Shown piece by piece: positions 1 to 9,890 of a DNA stretch of 64,000 nt. The first letter of the stretch is position 1; every line of letters begins with the position of its first letter. Origin of the DNA: Nitrospirota bacterium. GTDB lineage: Bacteria; Nitrospirota; Thermodesulfovibrionia; Thermodesulfovibrionales; Dissulfurispiraceae. The translations under genes were made by a program, and so were the position numbers. The stretch lies in contig CAWBMP010000004.1 in the NCBI GenBank assembly GCA_963790025.1, positions 736,001 to 800,000 on the forward strand. The letters run 5' to 3'. Under the pieces are notes generated by a model. The model had not been told where the DNA came from and searched no databases. It worked only from the letters and a program-made list of their open reading frames with translations.

Positions 1-1
1 A

Positions 2-586
2 AAACTTCCCCTTCCCCCTGGAACGCTGCCCACACTCTGGAATGCGGATGACCGGTATCTTGAGTCATATTGTAAAATGTTCGATGGATATTATTTTACC
101 GCTGACGGGGGATACAAGGACGAAGACGGCTACATCTTCGTCATGGGCCGTGTTGATGATGTGATCAATGTGGCCGGTCACAGGCTCTCAACCGGCGAGA
201 TGGAGGGTATCATAGCAACCCATCCCGATGTTGCCGAATGTGCAGTGATCGGCGTCGGCGATAACATGAAAGGGCAGTTGCCGGTTGGCTTTGTGGTCCT
301 TAAGGCAGGCGTAAAGAAAAGCCCTGAGGAGATCAAGAAGGAAGTGACAAAACTCATAAGAGACCAAATCGGTCCCTTCGCGTGCTATAAGGAGACCGCT
401 GTTGTTACTCGGCTGCCGAAGACGCGTTCCGGTAAAATACTTCGTGCCACCATGAGAAAGATTGCCGATGGTGAAAAATACAGTGTCCCATCCACAATCG
501 ATGATCCGGCAGTCCTTGGCGAGATGGCGGAGGCCCTGAAGGGCATCGGCTATGCCGGCAAAGGCGACGAGTGTCTTACACTTTAG
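2..586 (+). CDS. prpE: Propionyl-CoA synthetase (AMP-forming), 3' part, truncated by window edge (copy 1)
   Basis: GRVDDVINVAGHRLSTGEME and LPKTRSGK acyl-CoA synthetase motifs; nt 1-558 match 27240-27797 except 3 synonymous substitutions. Confidence 0.88.
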   Translation, partial: KLPLPPGTLPTLWNADDRYLESYCKMFDGYYFTADGGYKDEDGYIFVMGRVDDVINVAGHRLSTGEMEGIIATHPDVAECAVIGVGDNMKGQLPVGFVVLKAGVKKSPEEIKKEVTKLIRDQIGPFACYKETAVVTRLPKTRSGKILRATMRKIADGEKYSVPSTIDDPAVLGEMAEALKGIGYAGKGDECLTL

Positions 587-592
587 ATATGT

Positions 593-636
593 GGCGCCGG
601 CAATCCAGTGCAGCTGTCGACTGTTTTGCCGGCGCC
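593..636. terminator. GC-rich hairpin downstream of prpE copy 1 (terminator or mRNA-stabilising stem)
   Basis: GGCGCCGGCAA (593-603) / TTGCCGGCGCC (626-636) perfect 11-bp stem; no U-tract. Confidence 0.4.
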
Positions 637-678
637 GATAAATGATAAAAATAACTCAAAAGGACAGAGAGAACAAGG

Positions 679-1716
679 ATGAAAAACCGATCCCTTATCA
701 GTCCGCCGACATTGAGTCGCGTCTTCACATCTGAGGACAGGGCCAGCTGTATTCGCGAGGGCGGACTTCTCGGTATCGCCCTTCGTGTTCCGTGCCGATG
801 CAATCTCAAGTGCCGCTACTGCTATTCGAGTAAAACCGCTGACGGCATCGGCATCGAACAGATTCTGTCGTTCTGTTCCCAGGCAAGGGCTCTGGGCGCC
901 AGAACATGCTCGATAGTGGGTGAGGGGGAACCGCTTCTTTTCCGGCAGTTGAAAGAGCTGATCTCGAGCCTTCGTCTGATGACGATGGATGTCATTCTTT
1001 ACTCGAACCTTATCGGACTGTCCGAGTCAACCATCGACTTTCTTATGGATCATGAAGTTACCCTCGTCTTTAAGCAGAACAGCCTGGACGAAGAGAGACA
1101 GGACTGGCTTTGTGGCGTGAAGGGAACTTATAAAAAGATCCAGGACCAGATCGATGTTTTGCTGAAGAAGGGCTACGCTTCGAGGCTCAAGAACCGCTTG
1201 TCGGTGCACACTGTAGCGTGCAGGCAGAATCTGGATGAAATCCCCGAAATGTGGAGGCGGTGGAGGGTCGGGGGGATTCTTCCGCAGGTGCAGCAGCTCA
1301 GTTTTTTCCGCCCGGAAGAGGAATATCGGACCTTGGCGATTTCTCCTGCAGAGGCGGGTGAACTCTTTGAGAAGCTCAGGCAAGTAGATAACACCTTTGG
1401 CTATGACTGGATTCCGAGACCGCCTATTGCCCCTTACGGTTGTTCAGTGCATTACACTAGCTGCGCATTAAGGCCAAATGGAGATATCTCAATCTGTGGC
1501 TATACGAACAAGATTCTGGGGAATGTGCTGGAACAGCCTCTCGATGAGATCATAAATTCTGCCGAAGTGAAGAAGATGCGGGAGCGCACACCCGCGGCCG
1601 GTTCAAAGTGCTTTTCATGCACACACCGTCTGAGATATGGTTGTTACGGGTGCATAGCAGACACTGTATGCCGCGGCAAGGGCTATTTTGATGAATACGA
1701 CCAGTGCTGGTTATGA
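679..1716 (+). CDS. Radical SAM protein with C-terminal SPASM-type Cys-rich domain
   Basis: CNLKCRYC (CxxxCxxC), GEGEPLL motif, C-terminal GCSVHYTSCALRPNGDISICGY...CFSC...GCYGC. Confidence 0.85.
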   Translation: MKNRSLISPPTLSRVFTSEDRASCIREGGLLGIALRVPCRCNLKCRYCYSSKTADGIGIEQILSFCSQARALGARTCSIVGEGEPLLFRQLKELISSLRLMTMDVILYSNLIGLSESTIDFLMDHEVTLVFKQNSLDEERQDWLCGVKGTYKKIQDQIDVLLKKGYASRLKNRLSVHTVACRQNLDEIPEMWRRWRVGGILPQVQQLSFFRPEEEYRTLAISPAEAGELFEKLRQVDNTFGYDWIPRPPIAPYGCSVHYTSCALRPNGDISICGYTNKILGNVLEQPLDEIINSAEVKKMRERTPAAGSKCFSCTHRLRYGCYGCIADTVCRGKGYFDEYDQCWL

Positions 1717-1759
1717 AGGTGTTCGATAATAAAATGCGGAAATGCGAGGTTCTGTGGAC

Positions 1760-2365
1760 ATGCTGACAAAGGAAGCGATAGAGAAACGAAGGAGCATTCG
1801 CAGGTATAAGCCTGATCCGATACCCGAGGAGCATATAAGAGAATTGCTCGATTCGGCCCGACTGGCGCCCTCAGGCTGTAATGCACAGCCGTGGCGATTC
1901 AAAATTGTAAAAGAAGCGGCTATGAAGGCAAGGTTGGCTGAGGCGGCATACAATCAAGGTTTTATCGCCGATGCCCCTGTTGTAATTGTTTGTTGTGCTG
2001 ATATTCAGGGTTACATTGACGGCACTGTTTCCGGCTTACAGGACCTTGGAAAAGTCGGAGCTCTTAAGGACGGGATGGTCACGGTTCTTCAGGGTAGAGC
2101 CGACAATTTAAAAACAATGGGTCGCAGTGAGCTGGTTCCAATAGTTGCCGTAAATGTGGCGATTGCAATTGAACACATTGTATTGAGGGCCCTGGATTTT
2201 GGACTCGGCAGTTGTTGGATTCGTTTGTTTTATGAACAGAAGGTAAAAGATTTATTTGAATGGCCTGACAATATCTATGTAGTTGCACTTCTTCCCATTG
2301 GTTATCCGGCAGAAGTACCTAAAGCCCGAAAGAGATTGGCACTTAAGGAAATATTGATCGATTGA
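1760..2365 (+). CDS. Nitroreductase family protein
   Basis: RRSIRRY, ARLAPSGCNAQPWRF, GLGSCWI and LLPIGYP motifs; ATG at 1760 preferred. Confidence 0.9.
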   Translation: MLTKEAIEKRRSIRRYKPDPIPEEHIRELLDSARLAPSGCNAQPWRFKIVKEAAMKARLAEAAYNQGFIADAPVVIVCCADIQGYIDGTVSGLQDLGKVGALKDGMVTVLQGRADNLKTMGRSELVPIVAVNVAIAIEHIVLRALDFGLGSCWIRLFYEQKVKDLFEWPDNIYVVALLPIGYPAEVPKARKRLALKEILID

Positions 2366-2404
2366 GCTGTTGATAATCTTTTACATAAAAGGGGTGAACT
2401 AAAA

Positions 2405-3061
2405 GTGTATTCATTCGAAACACTTGATCTCATCGACAATCGAAACCAACCGATACCGAACACTTTCTTTCGTCAAAAGGCTGAGACGCGGCACCTTGCC
2501 GTCCTTCTGCCCGGATTGGGTTATACATCGCATATGCCGGTAATGTATTACCCCTCGATGTTACTTCTTTCGAGGGGGGCTGATGTCCTGCGGGCAGAGT
2601 GCAATTATGTAAAAAACTCCGACTTCATGGCCCTGCATGTGGCTGAGCGCCTGCGTCTTGCAGCTGAGGACGCGCTGGTGATATATTCCGGCGCTATCAG
2701 GCAAAGAGACTACGAAACGATAACGCTCGTCGGCAAATCGATCGGCACCTATGCAATGGGGCATCTTATAAGCTCGACTGAAATATCGCAGAAGCTGCAG
2801 TGCCTCTGGCTCACGCCTATTCTAAAAGATGATCGGTTCATTTCACAAATAAAAAATGTCGGGCATAAGGCCCTTTTTGTTACCGGCACGTCTGATCCGT
2901 ATTACAATAAAGCAAATCTGGACGACCTTCTGACGGCTACCGGCGGACATGGCATAGTCATCGAAGGCGCAAACCACAGCCTTGAAATAGACGATGATGC
3001 CATAAAATCACTTCAAGCCCTTAAGAGAATGATGACCGGGATTGAAGAGTTTCTGGGTTAA
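2405..3061 (+). CDS. Alpha/beta hydrolase fold protein
   Basis: LPGLGY oxyanion region, GKSIGT nucleophile elbow, GTSDP and GANHSL (Asp/His). Confidence 0.75.
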   Translation: MYSFETLDLIDNRNQPIPNTFFRQKAETRHLAVLLPGLGYTSHMPVMYYPSMLLLSRGADVLRAECNYVKNSDFMALHVAERLRLAAEDALVIYSGAIRQRDYETITLVGKSIGTYAMGHLISSTEISQKLQCLWLTPILKDDRFISQIKNVGHKALFVTGTSDPYYNKANLDDLLTATGGHGIVIEGANHSLEIDDDAIKSLQALKRMMTGIEEFLG

Positions 3062-3074
3062 GGCAGGATCACGA

Positions 3075-4601
3075 ATGGCTCTCACCACTGGAATACCAAA
3101 GAAATGGCACAAAGAGGTCGACGTTGTTTGTGTAGGATATGGTGGCGCCGGAGCTTCAGCCGCCATAAGCGCTTATGATGCCGGCGCGAATGTGCTCATA
3201 ATTGAAAAAATGCGTGAGAGCGGCGGGAACACGCACGTTTCCACAGGTGGGTTTATCTGCCCCACAGATGTGAACGAGGCTATTACATATATTAAAGGAC
3301 TCTTTCAACTTTCAATGTCCGAAATGGACGAGGATCTGGTCAGGGTGTATGCGGAAGAAGCGATAAAGAACGTCGACTGGGTTAAGGGCCTTAAGGAAGG
3401 CACTGATGTAATGGTTTATGGATATGCCGGATACCCGAGCGTGCCTGGCGCAAAATCCATGGTCAAATACGGTGCGAAGGGTCCTGGCAAGGGTCCTAGC
3501 GGCAGCGCCAAGAACCTCTGGGACATCTTCACATATGCAGTGGAGCAAAAAAGGAAAATTCCAGTTATGCTAAATACACCTGCAAAAAGACTGGTTCGGA
3601 ACTGTGCCGGGGAGATTATTGGTGTAGTGGCAGAGTCCAATGGAAAAGAATTTAATATCCTCGCCAGAAAAGCTGTTATTCTGACAACCGGCGGGTACGA
3701 ATATGACAAGAAAGCGCTCCAGAGCTTTATTAAGGGCTACCCGATTTATGCGTTAGGTAACCCGGGCAACACAGGCGATGGCGTCCGTATGGCTTCGGCT
3801 GTTGGCGCCGGATTGTGGCACATGAACGGGACTTCATGCCCGCTGGGCATAAAAGTTCCCGACTATGAAGGTGGCTTCCCTCTCTTAATGGCCATTCCCG
3901 GCTTTATATTTGTCGACAAGCACGGCAAACGCTTCGTCAATGAAAGATCAATGGAATTGCACACAGGGCTCCTTGCAGTGGACTATTTTGACGCTCATTC
4001 CCTCGAATATCCGAGAATTCCATGCTACCTGATCTTTGACGAGACCAATCGCCTGAAAGGTCCCATTACTGCATGGGCCGGCGTCGGTTATACAGCGCAG
4101 AAGTTCTATAAGTGGAGCAAAGACAACAGTGGAGAAATTAACAAGGGTTGGATTATCAAAGCGGAGACGCCGACTGAACTCGCAAAAAAGATCGGAATCG
4201 ATGCGATGAACCTTGAGACAACGCTGTCAAAATGGAATGAGGACATCAAGGCCGGCAAAGGTGACACCACGTTCGGACGGCCGATACATGCGGCGCCTGA
4301 ATCAAATCCGTCAATCAAGGATTTCCAGGTGCCCGTCTTGTCAGCGCCTATAGAAAAAGCGCCTTTCTATGCAGTCCCTATTTACCCCTGCTTACTCAAT
4401 ACACAGGGTGGACCGAGGCGAAATACGAATGCGCAGATTGTCGACCCCTTCGGGCAGGCTATCCCACGGCTATACAGTTCGGGAGAGCTTGGCTCGATGT
4501 GGGGATTGATCTATCAGGGAGCAGGCAACATAGCTGAGTGCATGATATTTGGCAGGATTGCCGGAAGGCATGCAGCGGCCTTAAAACCTTGGAAAAAATA
4601 A
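3075..4601 (+). CDS. FAD-dependent oxidoreductase, FAD_binding_2 (flavocytochrome c / 3-ketosteroid dehydrogenase / TcuA-like) family
   Basis: DVVCVGYGGAGASAA dinucleotide fold, AVILTTGGY, GNTGDG, GKRFVNE, NTQGGP, IPRLYSSGE, GGNIAEC-like FGRIAG C-terminus. Confidence 0.85.
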   Translation: MALTTGIPKKWHKEVDVVCVGYGGAGASAAISAYDAGANVLIIEKMRESGGNTHVSTGGFICPTDVNEAITYIKGLFQLSMSEMDEDLVRVYAEEAIKNVDWVKGLKEGTDVMVYGYAGYPSVPGAKSMVKYGAKGPGKGPSGSAKNLWDIFTYAVEQKRKIPVMLNTPAKRLVRNCAGEIIGVVAESNGKEFNILARKAVILTTGGYEYDKKALQSFIKGYPIYALGNPGNTGDGVRMASAVGAGLWHMNGTSCPLGIKVPDYEGGFPLLMAIPGFIFVDKHGKRFVNERSMELHTGLLAVDYFDAHSLEYPRIPCYLIFDETNRLKGPITAWAGVGYTAQKFYKWSKDNSGEINKGWIIKAETPTELAKKIGIDAMNLETTLSKWNEDIKAGKGDTTFGRPIHAAPESNPSIKDFQVPVLSAPIEKAPFYAVPIYPCLLNTQGGPRRNTNAQIVDPFGQAIPRLYSSGELGSMWGLIYQGAGNIAECMIFGRIAGRHAAALKPWKK

Positions 4602-4721
4602 ACTTGCGAGGCCACGCGGATAAACATCGCGTCATGCGCCGGGCGTTGTGCGTCGACCGCAAAGGGAAAAAACAGAAAAATAATAAATTGCGGCCAACAA
4701 CTCAGGCATATCGGCAATCGA

Positions 4722-6728
4722 TCATGTTGTGAAAGTGATGAGGACATCATCACTTTCTACGGCTTTGCCGACAGTTGCACTTACTTCTTCTACGACCCCG
4801 TCGCAGGGGGATGAAACACCACATTCCATCTTCATGGATTCGATAACCACCAGGTCCTGTCCGCGGTAGACACGATCACCTTTGTTGACCAGAATACTGA
4901 TTACCATCCCCGGAAGGGGCGAGAGAAGCACATTTTCTTTGCCATCTTTTTTCTCAGTCGGCATGTATTGTGCCAGTTCCCACTCCTTGGGAGAATATAT
5001 TTCAAAAATGCGGGAGTTGCCGCTATAAGCGATCCATATGAAATTCTGCAGGTACTGAAGCCTGAAATATTGATACAGGCCGTTTATCGACAGTTTCAAC
5101 CTTCGCCTGTAGAATTCAAAATATGGGGCAATAACAGTATATTCAGTCCCGTTTACCTTGAAACTCCAGTCCGAGGACGTAAACTGTCCCTGTAATTCAA
5201 CTTCAAAGATATCTTTATTGCCTTTAACGATATAACGATGCGGCTGATCCGGCTTGTGAGACAGCCCAACTTTTGAAGCCATGGGTTTAAAGGATTCACG
5301 GACCAGATTCTTGCGGACATGATAAACGAGGGTTGAGGCAATAACCATGGCTTCAAGCTGCTCCACCGGAGGGTCGATTTTGGCCTTTCCGTCCTCAAAG
5401 TTTTCATCGATGAATCCGGTTGAAAGCTCGCCTCTGATAAAGGCAGGGTGGTTGAGAATAGAGCTCGCAAAATTCAAGTTGGTAGTCACACCCTCGACGT
5501 GATACCGATTCAGAGCATTGACCAGGGTGGTTCGGGCTATTTCCCGCGTCTCTCCCCAACTGATCACCTTGGAGATAAGCGAATCATAATGCACGCTTAT
5601 GAAACTGCCTGCCTCAACACCGCTGTCAAGTCTGATATTTCTGCCCCTGAGATTTGAGTATCGGGTGACCAATCCGGTAGACGGCAGAAAATTGCGGGCA
5701 GAATCCTCAGCGCAGATCCTGGCTTCTATGGACCAGCCCTTGATCGAGACATCTTTTTGAGAAAGCGGCAGACGTTCGCCTGCCGCAACTCTGAGCTGCA
5801 GTTCTACTAGGTCAAGTGAAGTAACCATCTCCGTGACCGGGTGTTCCACCTGAAGCCGTGTATTCATTTCCATGAAGAAAAAATTATGGCTATCCATTAT
5901 GAATTCAACGGTCCCTGCATTGGAATACCCTGCCTCACGGGCCAAGGCACAGGCCATTTCGCCCATACGGGACCTAAGTTCAGCATCAACCGCCATGGAG
6001 GGGGCCTCTTCGATTACCTTCTGGTAGCGTCGCTGGATCGAGCATTCCCGCTCTCCAAGAGAGACGATGTTTCCATGCCGGTCAGCGATGATCTGGATCT
6101 CAATATGGCGGGGATTGCCGATAAACCTCTCCAGAAAGATCCTGTTGTCGCCAAATGCCTTACGGGTTTCTTCCTGTGCTGAATGAAGGGCGGATTCAAG
6201 TTCATGAGGCGAGGCAACCATGCGCATACCCCGGCCCCCGCCTCCGGCAGCGGGTTTGAGCAGAATGGGATAACCGATTTCTGCAGCAAGCGACTTTATT
6301 TCTTCAAGGTCGGCAACAGGCTTGTTGTGACCCGGCACCACAGGCACCCCAGCTTTAATCGCAATATTTTTGGCCGAAATTTTGTCTCCGAGAGCAGCGA
6401 TCACCTCCGGTGAAGGCCCGATAAATGTCAACCCCGCCTTGACCACGGCAGCAGCAAATTTTGCATTCTCCGAAAGAAACCCATAACCCGGATGAATAGC
6501 CCGGCAATCCTGCGCAACCGCAGCCTCGATAATTTTTTCATGCACAAGATATGAGGAAGCAGAGGGCGATGGCCCGATATGAACAGCCTCGTCAGCCTCA
6601 CGGACATGGAGTGAACGGGCATCAATATCCGAAAATACTGCAACTGACTTTACATTAAGCTTCCTGCAGGTACGTATAATTCGGGTTGCAATCTCGCCCC
6701 GGTTAGCTATAAGAATTTTTTCAAACAT
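4722..6728 (-). CDS. pccA: Propionyl-CoA (acyl-CoA) carboxylase alpha subunit: biotin carboxylase + biotin carrier
   Basis: KILIANRGEIA, GGGGRGM, ERECSIQRR, EMNTRLQVEHPVTE, C-terminal ESMKM biotinylation motif; follows pccB. Confidence 0.9.
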   Translation of the reverse strand: MFEKILIANRGEIATRIIRTCRKLNVKSVAVFSDIDARSLHVREADEAVHIGPSPSASSYLVHEKIIEAAVAQDCRAIHPGYGFLSENAKFAAAVVKAGLTFIGPSPEVIAALGDKISAKNIAIKAGVPVVPGHNKPVADLEEIKSLAAEIGYPILLKPAAGGGGRGMRMVASPHELESALHSAQEETRKAFGDNRIFLERFIGNPRHIEIQIIADRHGNIVSLGERECSIQRRYQKVIEEAPSMAVDAELRSRMGEMACALAREAGYSNAGTVEFIMDSHNFFFMEMNTRLQVEHPVTEMVTSLDLVELQLRVAAGERLPLSQKDVSIKGWSIEARICAEDSARNFLPSTGLVTRYSNLRGRNIRLDSGVEAGSFISVHYDSLISKVISWGETREIARTTLVNALNRYHVEGVTTNLNFASSILNHPAFIRGELSTGFIDENFEDGKAKIDPPVEQLEAMVIASTLVYHVRKNLVRESFKPMASKVGLSHKPDQPHRYIVKGNKDIFEVELQGQFTSSDWSFKVNGTEYTVIAPYFEFYRRRLKLSINGLYQYFRLQYLQNFIWIAYSGNSRIFEIYSPKEWELAQYMPTEKKDGKENVLLSPLPGMVISILVNKGDRVYRGQDLVVIESMKMECGVSSPCDGVVEEVSATVGKAVESDDVLITFTT

Positions 6729-6784
6729 ATTGATTCCTTAAATGTAACATCAGCATTGTCTTGAAAAGTATAGCAACTCTCAGT

Positions 6785-8338
6785 TCACAATGGAATATTC
6801 CCGTGTTTCCGCTGCGGCAGGCTTGTCCGCTTGTTTTCCAGAAACTGCAGGCTTCGGATCAGCCGGTGCCTTGTATCACGCGGATTGATGACGTCGTCGA
6901 TAAATCCTCTCTTGGCTGCCATGAAGGGATTGGCGTACGTTATCCGGTATTCTTCCGCTTTCCGGGCAAGCATCTCCGAAGGGTCTTCCGCCTCTTCAAT
7001 CTCCTTGCGGTAAATAATCTGTGCTGCGCCTTTGGGGCCGAGCACGGCGATTTCCGCTGCAGGCCAGGCAAAATTCAGATCACAGCCAATGTGTTTGGAA
7101 TTCATGACCACGTATGCGCCGCCGTATGCCTTGCGAATAATGACCGTTATCCGGGGCACCGTAGCTTCTGAAAAGGCATAAAGCAGCTTTGCCCCGCGCC
7201 GGATAATGCCTCCGTGCTCCTGCTCCGGCCCGGGCATGAAACCCGGTACATCCTCAAGGCAAACGAGCGGGATATTGAAAGCATCGCAGAAACGGACAAA
7301 TCGGGCGGCCTTTTCAGAAGCCTGGACGTCAAGGACACCGGCAAGCACTGCAGGCTGGTTGGCAATGAGGCCTACGGTCTCACCTCCGAGACGGCCGAAA
7401 CCCACAATTATATTCCTGGCAAAATGGGGATGAATCTCCAGAAATTCCGCTCCGTCCAGAATACTGCTGATAAGAATCTTCATGTCATACGTCTGGTTCG
7501 CATTGGCCGGAACCAAATAATCCAGGGCAGGGTCCGAGCGTTCAGCCGGATCCCTCAGATCAAGAATCGGCGCCTGTTGACGATTGTTTGAAGGCAGATA
7601 ACTGACGAGCCGCCTCAGCTCCCTTAGGCAGAGAATATCATTGGGGAAAACGAAATGGGCCACACCGCTTTTTTTGCTGTGCACCATGGCCCCGCCCAAT
7701 TCTTCCGCGGTAATGTCCTGATGGATGACGGTCTTGACCACATTGGGTCCAGTGACAAACATATATGAGGTGTTTTCGACCATGAAGGTGAAATCCGTTA
7801 TGGCAGGGCTGTAGACGGCGCCGCCTGCGCAGGGCCCCATAATGCATGAGATCTGCGGCACCACCCCGCTTGCCTGAACATTTCGATGGAAAATTTCTCC
7901 ATATGCTGCCAGCGATTCAACCCCCTCCTGGATCCGGGCTCCGCCGGAATCGTTAAGCCCGATAATGGGCGCGCCGACCCGCACAGCATGGTCCATTAAC
8001 TTGCAGATCTTCTGAGCATGGGCCTCGCCGAGTGATCCGCCAATGATGGTGAAATCCTGGCTGAATACGAAGACCTCGCGACCATCGATGGTGCCGTGCC
8101 CGGTAATCACCCCGTCTCCGGGAAACTCACCGGCGCCGGTATTCTGGCCCGGCCTTCCGGCCATCAGAAGATTAAATTCTTCAAATGAACCATCATCAAG
8201 GAGCAGTTCGATACGCTCCCGCGCGGTGAGCTTACCCTTGCGGTGCTGGGCCTCGATTCTCTTAATTCCTCCGCCGAGAAAGGCCTCCTCTTTCATGGCT
8301 TCAAGTTTTGTCAGATTATTCTGTTCATACCGCTGCAC
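6785..8338 (-). CDS. pccB: Propionyl-CoA carboxylase beta subunit (carboxyltransferase)
   Basis: [48 protein letters not shown]-terminus. Confidence 0.92.
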   Translation of the reverse strand: MQRYEQNNLTKLEAMKEEAFLGGGIKRIEAQHRKGKLTARERIELLLDDGSFEEFNLLMAGRPGQNTGAGEFPGDGVITGHGTIDGREVFVFSQDFTIIGGSLGEAHAQKICKLMDHAVRVGAPIIGLNDSGGARIQEGVESLAAYGEIFHRNVQASGVVPQISCIMGPCAGGAVYSPAITDFTFMVENTSYMFVTGPNVVKTVIHQDITAEELGGAMVHSKKSGVAHFVFPNDILCLRELRRLVSYLPSNNRQQAPILDLRDPAERSDPALDYLVPANANQTYDMKILISSILDGAEFLEIHPHFARNIIVGFGRLGGETVGLIANQPAVLAGVLDVQASEKAARFVRFCDAFNIPLVCLEDVPGFMPGPEQEHGGIIRRGAKLLYAFSEATVPRITVIIRKAYGGAYVVMNSKHIGCDLNFAWPAAEIAVLGPKGAAQIIYRKEIEEAEDPSEMLARKAEEYRITYANPFMAAKRGFIDDVINPRDTRHRLIRSLQFLENKRTSLPQRKHGNIPL

Positions 8339-8439
8339 TATTACACCTCCCCAGAAAGGGTTCTATTTACAAAATTCGGTGAGAATATTATGACTTATGA
8401 TGCGGATTACTTATAGATTACAGGATGACAAACCCGATA

Positions 8440-9426
8440 TCAAGCTATTTTCAGCCCGCTCTGCCTGATCAACTCCAGATCATCACCAAAAGTCCTGCCT
8501 GTCGTCGTCAGGTAATTACCTGTAAGGACGGCATCGGCGCCTGCCAAAAATACCATACAGCTGAACTCACCAAGTGTCTGCACCCTGCCTCCGCACACGC
8601 GTATCTGTTTACCAGGCAGGATGAAACGGTAAAGGCTGATAATTTTAAGCGCCTCGAACGGGGGAAGGACCGCATGCTCACCCAGCGGAGTACCTTTGAC
8701 AGGTATAAGAAAATTGATCGGCACAGAGTCGACATCAAGCGCTCTAAGAGCAAAAGCAATGTCCACTCTGTCCTGCCACGTCTCTCCAATACCGAAAATA
8801 CCTCCCGAACACACGGAAAGCCCTGCTGACAGCGCCGCCTCGATGGTTTTCAGTTTTTCATGGTATGTATGGGTGCTGCAAATTTCGGGGAAAAAATTTT
8901 CTGATGTTTCAAGATTATGATGATAACGCACAAGGCCGCATTCCCCGAGATAAGATAGTTCCTCTTTGTTGAGAAGCCCCAGAGTTGCACACGGCAAAAG
9001 GCCCGTGCGTCTTACTTCCAGTACCATACTGCCCATTTTTCTCAGTTCGTTACTGCTGATCTTTCTGCCACTCGTGACAATGCAGAACCTCCTTACCCCG
9101 GCGTTCTTTGCCTCCAGCGCTTTTTCGATAATCCTGCTTTTCTCAAGGAGCGGATATACCTCGACACCTGTGCTGACCTTCGAGGATTGGGCGCAATACG
9201 AACAGTCCTCGGAACAAGCTCCTGATTTTGCATTGACGATAGCACACAGATCGATGATGTCGCCTCTGAAGCACTGCCTTATGCCGCTCGCAGCAGCAAA
9301 AAGACCGAGCAAGTCGGCATCACTAAGCCCGCTTATCCAGAGGGCCTCTTGAGGCGTAATGGTACCCCCGGCGATGACCTTATCTCTCAGGGCCTCAATC
9401 GTGGGCATTATTATCAGTGTCTTCAT
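8440..9426 (-). CDS. bioB: Biotin synthase
   Basis: NAKSGACSEDCSYCAQS, YHHNLETS, CSGGIFGIGE, VPINFL, GNYLTT; exact start uncertain. Confidence 0.95.
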   Translation of the reverse strand: MKTLIIMPTIEALRDKVIAGGTITPQEALWISGLSDADLLGLFAAASGIRQCFRGDIIDLCAIVNAKSGACSEDCSYCAQSSKVSTGVEVYPLLEKSRIIEKALEAKNAGVRRFCIVTSGRKISSNELRKMGSMVLEVRRTGLLPCATLGLLNKEELSYLGECGLVRYHHNLETSENFFPEICSTHTYHEKLKTIEAALSAGLSVCSGGIFGIGETWQDRVDIAFALRALDVDSVPINFLIPVKGTPLGEHAVLPPFEALKIISLYRFILPGKQIRVCGGRVQTLGEFSCMVFLAGADAVLTGNYLTTTGRTFGDDLELIRQSGLKIA

Positions 9427-9450
9427 CCGATATTACCAGCCAACCCGTAT

Positions 9451-9587
9451 TTAAAAGAATGGTAGCAAATACTTTGCCACATCGTCGGGATCAGCTTTAA
9501 GCACTGCTTTTACCAAGTATGTTCTTCCATCCCATTTTTTATCTATAATCTCTACCTTCACAACACCAGCGGTCAGAGCGGTTATTT
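9451..9587 (-). pseudogene. Internal remnant of an unrelated protein gene (KITALTAGVVKVEIIDKKWDGRTYLVKAVLKADPDDV...)
   Basis: Open frame without a start, cut at the boundary of the duplicated promoter module (9588); recalled as resembling an N-terminal domain of TPR-containing proteins of anaerobes. Confidence 0.5.
9464..9479 (-). promoter_or_regulatory. sigma54 promoter motif for bioB-pccB-pccA
   Basis: TGGCAAAGTATTTGCT on minus strand: GG-N10-GC, near consensus TGGCAC-N5-TTGC. Confidence 0.7.
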
Positions 9588-9772
9588 TATTATAATGCAA
9601 TTAATTGCATGCAAAAATGTGATTAATATGCAGTATATTGCATACACAAACAGTTCAAATATTGAAGACCCTGATTTGGGAATTCATTATGCCGATCAAT
9701 GAAGACGTTCTGTTACTGATTTTCAAGGTCTATTATTGCTAAACAATATTGGAAGATGGTACAATTATTGCT
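9588..9772 (+). promoter_or_regulatory. Regulatory module copy 1: two palindromic putative enhancer sites + sigma54 promoter motif
   Basis: ATGCAATTAATTGCAT (9595-9610), ATGCAGTATATTGCAT (9628-9643), TGGTACAATTATTGCT (9757-9772); block repeated at 25314-25497. Confidence 0.8.
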
Positions 9773-9890
9773 CCGTCAGGCCCGAGGATGCCGACTTTCT
9801 TAATTAAGGACTTCGGGACAACAGTGGGTGCCTTAAGCGAATGACATCCCATAAAGAGACCCTTAGTGATATTACTTTCAAGGAGAGACT

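Noticed and set aside
560..586. PrpE C-terminal CLTL resembles a eukaryotic CaaX prenylation motif
   Set aside because: No supporting machinery in the window; likely coincidence
589..645. 18-codon ORF MWRRQSSAAVDCFAGADK as a RiPP precursor for the rSAM/SPASM enzyme
   Set aside because: No SD, coincides with the GC hairpin, no leader/core pattern
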